Shown piece by piece: positions 16,681 through 22,895 of a stretch of 32,000 nt of DNA. Position 1 is the first letter of the stretch. Each line of letters starts with the position of its first letter. The notes below the pieces were generated by a model that saw nothing but the letters and a program-made list of their open reading frames with translations, had not been told where the DNA came from and did not search any database. The stretch covers positions 811,374 through 843,373 of the forward strand of contig CP023991.1 of NCBI GenBank assembly GCA_003516025.1, read 5' to 3'. The stretch comes from Candidatus Saccharimonadota bacterium. GTDB lineage: Bacteria; Patescibacteriota; Saccharimonadia; Saccharimonadales; UBA4665. The position numbers and the translations under genes were made by a program.

Positions 16681-17460
16681 ATGACACCCAATAATTACCC
16701 TATACGTAACACTCTTTTAGCGGTCGGTATTGCAGCTGGCTCACTCAGTTTAAATGCCTGTACCACAGATATCGATGGTCATCCGGTAGCTGTTACAAGC
16801 CCCGAAGAGTCTACGCCTGAGATTATACCAACAACAACTCCTGAACTTGAAGCTGCTGAAGATCGCCTGGAGCAAGCGAGCCATCAGGTTGCTCAACAAA
16901 TCCTGGAAGATATGGCTAATCCTGCCAGCCTTTCTGCCGGCTACAATGGTAATTATTACGGCAACAAACGTGGCCGTAATGACAGCGGACAGACTTACTC
17001 CCGTATTCCGGAAATGTACGTTGTGTATACCCCAACCGACGGTGTCCAGCGTGATGATAGAGGTTTGTATATTAACAGCATAACCGCCGTAGAGGCTCCA
17101 AATGGAGCTGAGGGTGAGTATGTTTTTGACAAAGTCAGCCTATCCTTCCGTGTCTCCAAGGATGCAAACAGCCTTGATCAGCTCTTAGCGTCCGGGCAGC
17201 AGTTAGACATTCGCGACATCCAGAACTTTGTTACGAATAACGAAATGACGCTTAACACCGTTGAAACCACACATGGCGGTAGTCCCCTGGTGATCACTGA
17301 GCTTACCAATACCGGCGAAGACTCTTATCTTTACACATACGAAGCGGGAGCAAAAGGTGCCGGACCGGTCGTGATCGACCCGGCAAATACTGCTAAGCTC
17401 GATGATATGACTACCGATATCTTCGGTACCGAAGTTCTACTTCGCAATGGCCTGAATTAG
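16681..17460 (+). CDS. Putative lipoprotein of unknown function
   Basis: 259 aa. The signal peptide ends in the lipobox-like LSLNAC. The mature part has no recognised domain. Confidence 0.6.
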   Translation: MTPNNYPIRNTLLAVGIAAGSLSLNACTTDIDGHPVAVTSPEESTPEIIPTTTPELEAAEDRLEQASHQVAQQILEDMANPASLSAGYNGNYYGNKRGRNDSGQTYSRIPEMYVVYTPTDGVQRDDRGLYINSITAVEAPNGAEGEYVFDKVSLSFRVSKDANSLDQLLASGQQLDIRDIQNFVTNNEMTLNTVETTHGGSPLVITELTNTGEDSYLYTYEAGAKGAGPVVIDPANTAKLDDMTTDIFGTEVLLRNGLN

Positions 17461-17471
17461 CCGTAACGTAT

Positions 17472-17507
17472 AAAAAGACCCTGAAGACTTTCCTCCGGGG
17501 TCTTTTT
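17472..17507. terminator. Bidirectional rho-independent terminator between the lipoprotein gene and tsf
   Basis: The sequence is AAAAAGACCCtgaag...ccGGGGTCTTTTT. The GC-rich stem is flanked by an A-run and a T-run, so it can act on both strands. Confidence 0.75.
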
Positions 17508-17522
17508 AGAATTTTGTTTTAA

Positions 17523-18119
17523 CTAGGCGACTTCACCGAGCGCGATGCGCGCGAAGCGGCGAACGACAATGTTTTCACCGAGGCGGGCATTGTGTTCTTT
17601 TACATAATCACCAACGGTCTGGTCGGGATTCTTAATAAACGGCTGATCCAGCAGGCAGCGTTCCGCGAAGTACTTCTTAACCTGGCCTCCGACGATTTGG
17701 GCAACCATGTTATCCGGCTTGCCTTCGGCTTTAGCCTTTTCGGTGAACTCCGCTTCGACTTTGGCGCGTTCTTCAGCGGGGATCTCTTCACTGCTGACGT
17801 AGAGCGGGCTTGAAGCGGCTACGTGCATAGCAACGTCTTTAACCAGGTTGGTGAAGATTTCGTTACGGGCTACGAAGTCGGTTTCGCAGTTAATTTCAAC
17901 TAAAACGCCGATACGATTGTCGTGGTTATAAGTGCCAACGACACCCTGGCGGGCTTCACGCTCACCACGCTTGTCAGCCTTGGTCATGCCTTTTTTGCGC
18001 ATAGCTTCCAGGGCTTTATCAAAGTCGCCACCAGCCTCTTCGAGAGCGGCTTTAGCGTCAGTTAGGCCGACACCGGTCAGGTCTTTGAGTCTTTTTACTT
18101 CTGCGATATCTACTGCCAT
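17523..18119 (-). CDS. tsf: Elongation factor Ts (short form, 198 aa)
   Basis: The N-terminal UBA-like segment is VKRLKDLTGVGLTDAKAALEEAGGDFDKALEAMRKKG. The SD AAGGA lies upstream. Confidence 0.93.
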   Translation of the reverse strand: MAVDIAEVKRLKDLTGVGLTDAKAALEEAGGDFDKALEAMRKKGMTKADKRGEREARQGVVGTYNHDNRIGVLVEINCETDFVARNEIFTNLVKDVAMHVAASSPLYVSSEEIPAEERAKVEAEFTEKAKAEGKPDNMVAQIVGGQVKKYFAERCLLDQPFIKNPDQTVGDYVKEHNARLGENIVVRRFARIALGEVA

Positions 18120-18123
18120 ATGT

Positions 18124-18399
18124 TTATCCTTTCTTAATCGTTAATGAATGTACCAGTCCTAATTTTCCCAGCGGCATGTATGAAGGTTTCATCGGTTGCG
18201 ACCATATGGCGGCCCGTTTATCGGTATATACCTCATCTCCGCTGGGCAACGCGACTAATGTGCGTTCATGTTCTATTCTTTCGCCGTTCTGATTTACAAA
18301 CTCAATACCTTCGGCGGGAATAGGCACTAATTCATTAAGGGCTTCCTGAGTAGGTACGTAAACGGGATCGAATTGTGAATCTCGGCGACCTTCAGCCAT
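18124..18399 (-). CDS. Hypothetical small protein (91 aa) filling the rpsB-tsf spacer
   Basis: The ORF starts 15 nt after the rpsB stop and ends 4 nt before the tsf ATG. Its stop overlaps the tsf SD region. The residue composition looks protein-like. There is no obvious SD and no recognised homology. Confidence 0.45.
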   Translation of the reverse strand: MAEGRRDSQFDPVYVPTQEALNELVPIPAEGIEFVNQNGERIEHERTLVALPSGDEVYTDKRAAIWSQPMKPSYMPLGKLGLVHSLTIKKG

Positions 18400-18413
18400 T
18401 TACAAAACTCTGG

Positions 18414-19142
18414 TTAAGCAGTTTTTTCAGTCGGTTCAGCAGTTTTGGCGTTCTTAGCCTGTCCGGTGGAAACTGCCTGGCGGATGTAATCAGCGACCAG
18501 TTCGATAGTCTTGATGGCGTCGTCGTTGCAAGGGATAGCATAGTCTACCAGACTTGGGTCGGTGTTAGTATCGGCTAAAGCGATGATTGACACACCAAGC
18601 TTACGGGCTTCGCGGACAGCATTGATGTCTTCGTTCATGTCGAATACAAAAACCGCGCCCGGGCGCTGTGCCATATTCTTGATACCGCCGTAGATTTCTT
18701 CTTTGGCGTCAATTTCTTCCTGGAAGCGCTGTACTTCAAGCTTGTTGTACTTAGCGGCCAGTTCGCCGGATTCCATCTTGGCTTCCAGGTCCTTGAGGCG
18801 CTTGATCTGCGTTGAAACAGTCGGCCAGTTAGTCAGCATACCGCCAAGCCAGCGATTTACGACAAAAGGCATCTTAGTGTCAAGGGCCAGTTGGTGAACA
18901 ATATCTTTGCTCTGGCGCTTCGTGCCGACAAACAGGATCTGCTTGCCCTGGGCAACTGAGTTATTAATGACATCGAGTGCCCGTTCCAGAGCTGAAACAG
19001 TCTGAGCCAGGTCAATGATGTGGATGGTACCGCGCTTACTGTGGATGTAAGGGGCCATTTTAGGGTGCCAGCGGCTGGTCTGGTGACCAAAGTGCGCACC
19101 GGCTTCTAAGAGTTTCTTCATATCTACGTCAACTGTAGCCAT
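18414..19142 (-). CDS. rpsB: 30S ribosomal protein S2
   Basis: 242 aa. The motif LLEAGAHFGHQTSRWHPKM is typical of S2. Confidence 0.96.
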   Translation of the reverse strand: MATVDVDMKKLLEAGAHFGHQTSRWHPKMAPYIHSKRGTIHIIDLAQTVSALERALDVINNSVAQGKQILFVGTKRQSKDIVHQLALDTKMPFVVNRWLGGMLTNWPTVSTQIKRLKDLEAKMESGELAAKYNKLEVQRFQEEIDAKEEIYGGIKNMAQRPGAVFVFDMNEDINAVREARKLGVSIIALADTNTDPSLVDYAIPCNDDAIKTIELVADYIRQAVSTGQAKNAKTAEPTEKTA

Positions 19143-19264
19143 GATATATATACCGCCTTCTTTCCTTATTCTTGATTCCGGGTACCCTACGGTGCCTACA
19201 AAGCTTACTCATATTTATGAGCACGTAAGGAGGATTCGTTCCCGGAACTGCTTAATTAATTGAC
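19143..19264 (-). promoter_or_regulatory. Structured 5' leader of rpsB (candidate autoregulatory element)
   Basis: The predicted TSS is near 19264. UUCCGGG pairs with CCCGGAA (19241-19247 with 19176-19182), enclosing further helices. UCCUCCUUA (19226-19234) is complementary to the SD region (19153-19170). Confidence 0.35.
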
Positions 19265-19270
19265 TCAGCC

Positions 19271-19299
19271 ATTGTATCAGAGATAACAGATGTATTCAA
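19271..19299 (-). promoter_or_regulatory. Sigma70-type promoter for rpsB (TTGAAT, 17 nt, TGaTACAAT)
   Basis: On the minus strand, TTGAAT is at 19294-19299, followed by a 17-nt spacer and TACAAT at 19271-19276, with an extended TGa. Confidence 0.55.
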
Positions 19300-19308
19300 G
19301 GCATTCTA

Positions 19309-19317
19309 TGCTATACT
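19309..19317 (+). promoter_or_regulatory. Extended -10 (TGcTATACT) for the 506-aa surface-protein gene
   Basis: It lies back-to-back with the rpsB promoter, leaving a leader of about 45 nt before ATG 19369. Confidence 0.4.
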
Positions 19318-19368
19318 TGCCACTAAGAAACCATAAGAGACATCGCAAGAAACATCATAGGGATACGC

Positions 19369-20889
19369 ATGGCACGCCGCCGCTCTCAATCACATCAGAT
19401 ACATCGCTCAAAACCGCATTACCTGGCTAACGTCGGCCTCAGTTTCGTGGCACTGAGCCTTTTTACAGTCACCGGCCTGCGGCTCGCGGCAGTGTCATCG
19501 GCAGCGACCACCAACCCCTATGGTTACGCTGATTTCTGCGCGCTCGAAAATAACGTAACGGTTATATATGGCTGGGCATCTGATCCGAATGCCTCGTCCC
19601 TTGCCTTGCCTTCGGTAACCCTGAATGCCGGGGGCAAAGCCGTAACGGCGGCCACAAACCGGGCCGGCTACCGTGATGCCCAGGTAAACGCCTGGATCGA
19701 CCAGAACCGGGCCGGCGACCCTAAGCCAGGTACGTACGGGTTTCGCGCCGAATTCCCCGGTTTATACAAAGGCCCGCAACATACGCTTACCGGCACCGCC
19801 CTGAATGAAGGGCCTGGTTCGAGTGTCATCCTTAGCATTAACAACAGCGGCTACACTGACGGTGATAGGAATAAACCTTATTTTGCCGGCAATGTCATAC
19901 CGCAGGCCTGCCTTGCTAACACTCCAGCGCCCGCCACGACAGCGCCAGCACCGAAACCGGCGCCCGCCACCCCGGCCGCACCCTCGGTCCAGCCCGGCGC
20001 CAGTACCCCAGCCGCGACAGCCAGCAGCCTGTCGAACGCCGCCGACGGAGCACCGACAGCGGGAACTTTGGCCGCCAACATCGACGTACCGGCTGGTGGA
20101 GCCGCGAAAGTACATATAAATTATGGGACCAGCCCCCTCAAACTTGACCAAAATACGCCCGATCAGGACGTAACCGGCGATAAAGGCACCGTTTCGTTAA
20201 CCGGCCTTGATCCGACCACACAGTATACCTACACCATTATCCGCAGCGCGGCGAACGGCCAGACGACCACTTCGGCGCCAGCGGCATTCAGCACACTTGG
20301 ATTCGTCATCACCCTGCACTTCGTCGATAGCCAGAACAAGGGTATCCAGGGAATTTCTGCCAACCTGGACGGCCAAAAGGCAAACAAAATAAGTGGCAAC
20401 AGTGGCAACAGCGAATTCACGAACATTTCGGCTGGCGACCATACCGTCAGCTATACCTACAACGACAAAAAGTTCAGCAAGAAAATCACGGCCGGAGCAT
20501 CCGCGGTCAACCCAACCGAAGCTGCCAGCGCCAAGGTGGTTACCCTGGACCACACCATCAACGTCCAGAAAGCCGTAGGTGTTACCGAGCAGACCCCACA
20601 GAAAAGCAGTAATCTGCTCAATGCACTCATTCCGATTATTGTTATCCTGCTGGCCTTTGGACTGGTCCTGTTCGGTATACTCAGGCGGCGTAGGAAACAA
20701 CAGGCCCAGAGTTACTACGAAGACTTTCCAGCCGCGCCATCGCCCGAATATCAGCCAGTCGCACCGGCCGTGTCCCGTAACGTGTCTACCCGCCAGGACA
20801 GCGCCGCCCATATGGGCGAAAGCCTGAAAGACATGGTGCTCCGCAGCATGGCCGAGGAAGCCAAACGGCGGGAAGACAGTCAAAAATAA
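19369..20889 (+). CDS. Single-pass surface protein (signal/anchor, N-terminal beta-rich domain, Pro/Ala linker, FN3-like and CarboxypepD_reg-like domains, C-terminal TM and cytoplasmic tail)
   Basis: 506 aa. It has an N-terminal hydrophobic segment and a PAPATTAPAPKPAPATPAAP linker. FN3-like motif: VSLTGLDPTTQYTYTI. Cna-B/CarboxypepD_reg-like motif: ITLHFVDSQNKGIQGISANLDG. The TM segment LIPIIVILLAFGLVLFGIL is followed by RRRRK. Confidence 0.7.
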   Translation: MARRRSQSHQIHRSKPHYLANVGLSFVALSLFTVTGLRLAAVSSAATTNPYGYADFCALENNVTVIYGWASDPNASSLALPSVTLNAGGKAVTAATNRAGYRDAQVNAWIDQNRAGDPKPGTYGFRAEFPGLYKGPQHTLTGTALNEGPGSSVILSINNSGYTDGDRNKPYFAGNVIPQACLANTPAPATTAPAPKPAPATPAAPSVQPGASTPAATASSLSNAADGAPTAGTLAANIDVPAGGAAKVHINYGTSPLKLDQNTPDQDVTGDKGTVSLTGLDPTTQYTYTIIRSAANGQTTTSAPAAFSTLGFVITLHFVDSQNKGIQGISANLDGQKANKISGNSGNSEFTNISAGDHTVSYTYNDKKFSKKITAGASAVNPTEAASAKVVTLDHTINVQKAVGVTEQTPQKSSNLLNALIPIIVILLAFGLVLFGILRRRRKQQAQSYYEDFPAAPSPEYQPVAPAVSRNVSTRQDSAAHMGESLKDMVLRSMAEEAKRREDSQK

Positions 20890-20942
20890 CGTTTAGACCG
20901 GAATACCCCTCACGTTTCATATACTGATTCTTAAGCCAGCGG

Positions 20943-20971
20943 TTGACGCTCGGCTAACAGATGTGTATACT
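20943..20971 (+). promoter_or_regulatory. Sigma70-type promoter (TTGACG, 17 nt, TATACT) for rpmE
   Basis: TTGACG is at 20943-20948 and TATACT at 20966-20971. ATG 20984 lies 12 nt downstream with no SD, implying a very short leader. Confidence 0.55.
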
Positions 20972-20983
20972 AGGCAATTGACT

Positions 20984-21355
20984 ATGAAGAAAACTATTCA
21001 CCCAACCGACTACCGTCCCGTTGTCTTTCAAGATTTGAACAACGGCGACACTTTTATTACTCAATCTACAGTTGCTGCTGAGGATAAAATCACTGTAGAT
21101 GGCGTCGAGTACCCTCTCGTGAAAATCCACATTTCACGGACTTCTCACCCATTCTTCACCGGCGAAGAACGTATCGTCGACATCGAAGGCCGCGTCGATA
21201 AGTTCAAAGCCCGCGCCGCCGCTGGTGCCGCCGCCAAAGACCGCCGCGCCGCCGCCGCACAGAAGCTCGCTAAGCGAGCCGAGGCAAAAGCCGCTAAGGC
21301 CGCTGACGCGGTTACTCCCGCGACCGACAAAGCTCCAACGACAACTAAGCGTTAA
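20984..21355 (+). CDS. rpmE: 50S ribosomal protein L31, type B (no CxxC zinc motif), with a 46-aa Ala/Lys-rich C-terminal extension
   Basis: MKKTIHPTDYRPVVFQD...YPLVKIHISRTSHPFFTGEERIVDIEGRVDKF matches type B L31. The track start at 20963 is a GTG lying inside the promoter. The tail is AAAGAAAKDRRAAAAQKLAKRAEAKAAKAA.... Confidence 0.88.
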   Translation: MKKTIHPTDYRPVVFQDLNNGDTFITQSTVAAEDKITVDGVEYPLVKIHISRTSHPFFTGEERIVDIEGRVDKFKARAAAGAAAKDRRAAAAQKLAKRAEAKAAKAADAVTPATDKAPTTTKR

Positions 21356-21388
21356 CGATTTTAATAGTTACCCTGGTAAGCTATAGTA

Positions 21389-21799
21389 GTGGGCAGTATG
21401 GCAGCAAATCCTCAAACATCCTCTCCATCTTATAGAGATATTCGCGTTTGGCAATACGCGATGCAACTTGCCGTTGATACGTACCAGATAGCCAGCCAGC
21501 TGCCTCCTGGCGAAAAGCCTGGTCTGGCAACACATTTGCAACAGGTTACCGCAGCGATTCCAGCACTTATCGCTAATGGCCATCGCAGCGGCTCACGCCA
21601 CACTATGCTGGCTAACTGTGAGCGTGCTCTACTCTATGCCGACGAACTTGATACACTTTTGGTTATTACCGGCCAGCTACATCCATCAGTACCATCAAAT
21701 GACCTCGTTGACCAGTTGGATGAAGTGCGGAATATGCTGGCAACGGCTATAGCCCGCTTAGCCAACAAGACTGCTCCCACAAATCGCAAAACCGTTTAG
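21389..21799 (+). CDS. Four-helix-bundle protein (23S rRNA intervening-sequence protein / Avd-like family)
   Basis: YRDIRVWQYAMQLAVDTYQIASQLPPGEKPGLATHLQQVTAAIPALIANG matches the family pattern (F.DL.vWqkA..L...iy.lt..fP..E.fgL.sQlrRAa.SI..NIAEG). The start is probably ATG 21398, not GTG 21389. Confidence 0.75.
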   Translation: MGSMAANPQTSSPSYRDIRVWQYAMQLAVDTYQIASQLPPGEKPGLATHLQQVTAAIPALIANGHRSGSRHTMLANCERALLYADELDTLLVITGQLHPSVPSNDLVDQLDEVRNMLATAIARLANKTAPTNRKTV

Positions 21800-21817
21800 C
21801 ACTGGAGCGCCTACAAT

Positions 21818-22876
21818 ATGGAACAAAAAGAACAAAAATTACGTCAGGAGTTATCTGCTTTAGCCGAAAGGCTGCAAGATCCGGCGATTTATACCCACAA
21901 AGACTACCCCAAGCTGGCCAAACGCAATGCCGACCTGGAGCGCGTCGTGGCTTTATTCGATGAAAAACACCGCCTGGCGGACAGCTGCAAGCAGGCCAAG
22001 GAAATGTTACATGGCAGCGACTCCGATCTGGCTGATTTAGCCCGCGCAGAACTGGAAGAGCTGGAAGCCCAGACCGCCAGCAATGATGCCTCTTTAGCCG
22101 AAGCTTTGACCCCGAAAGATCCAAACGATGAACGCGACGTTATCATGGAGATCCGGGCTGCCGCCGGAGGCGACGAATCCTCGCTGTTCGCAGGCGAGTT
22201 ATATCGCATGTACGCCCGCTGGGCCGAAGTCCACCATTATAAAATCGAACTGATCAGTGAAAGCCCCAATGAAGTCGGCGGCTACAAGGAAATTACCTTC
22301 GCGGTCCGCGGAGTAGACGCCTTTCGCATGCTGAAATTCGAAGCTGGTGTCCACCGCGTGCAACGCGTACCGGCAACCGAAAGTCAGGGCCGGATCCATA
22401 CCAGCACCGTAACCGTAGCCGTCCTGCCGGAAGCCGAAGAAGAAGATGTCGAAATTAACCCCGGTGATCTGCGTATCGATGTCTACCGCTCCGGCGGCCA
22501 TGGCGGCCAGAGCGTCAACACTACGGATTCTGCCGTCCGTATCACCCACCTTCCCACCGGCCTTGTCGTATCCAACCAAGATGAGAAGTCGCAGATTAAA
22601 AATAAAGCCAAGGCCTTGAGCGTACTGCGCTCCCGCCTGCTGGCCATCAAGCTCGAGGAAGAACAAAAAGAGTTGTCTGATGCCCGCAAGAAACTGATTG
22701 GTTCCGGCGACCGCAGCGAAAAGATCCGCACCTATAACTTCCCCCAGGACCGCATTACCGACCACCGCATTGGTTACAGCCGCAGCAACATTCCGGCTGC
22801 CCTGAGTGGTGAAATTGACGATTTAGTCGAAAAGCTTTTGGCCTACGAGCACGAGCTGATCAACGCCGGATCATAA
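21818..22876 (+). CDS. prfA: Peptide chain release factor 1
   Basis: 352 aa. It carries the RF1 tripeptide PAT ([14 protein letters not shown]) and the GGQ motif ([24 protein letters not shown]). Confidence 0.96.
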   Translation: MEQKEQKLRQELSALAERLQDPAIYTHKDYPKLAKRNADLERVVALFDEKHRLADSCKQAKEMLHGSDSDLADLARAELEELEAQTASNDASLAEALTPKDPNDERDVIMEIRAAAGGDESSLFAGELYRMYARWAEVHHYKIELISESPNEVGGYKEITFAVRGVDAFRMLKFEAGVHRVQRVPATESQGRIHTSTVTVAVLPEAEEEDVEINPGDLRIDVYRSGGHGGQSVNTTDSAVRITHLPTGLVVSNQDEKSQIKNKAKALSVLRSRLLAIKLEEEQKELSDARKKLIGSGDRSEKIRTYNFPQDRITDHRIGYSRSNIPAALSGEIDDLVEKLLAYEHELINAGS

Positions 22877-22895
22877 CCTTAATGGTACATTTTCC

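Noticed and set aside
19226-19234. The plus-strand AAGGAGG as an SD for a small plus-strand ORF in the rpsB/surface-protein intergenic region
   Set aside because: No start codon lies within 5-12 nt downstream on the plus strand. The element is better explained as the anti-SD-like segment of the minus-strand rpsB leader.
20197-20883. A 228-aa ORF on the minus strand, together with 19762-20151, 19805-20119 and other ORFs in the same region
   Set aside because: These are antisense or out-of-frame shadow ORFs inside the GC-rich, Pro/Ala-rich surface-protein gene 19369-20889. Their products are low-complexity Gly/Arg/Pro-rich sequences, and none has a promoter or SD.
20890-20983. A Zur-type operator upstream of the zinc-independent L31 (type B)
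   Set aside because: No palindromic AT-rich box overlaps the TTGACG-17-TATACT promoter, so nothing supports zinc regulation.
22199-22765. A 188-aa ORF antisense to prfA. Similar cases are 12754-13374 antisense to proS, 10780-11454 spanning the lysS/NUDIX promoters, and 26259-26714 antisense to the LCP gene.
   Set aside because: Each overlaps a confidently identified conserved gene on the opposite strand or in another frame, and none contains a recognisable motif.
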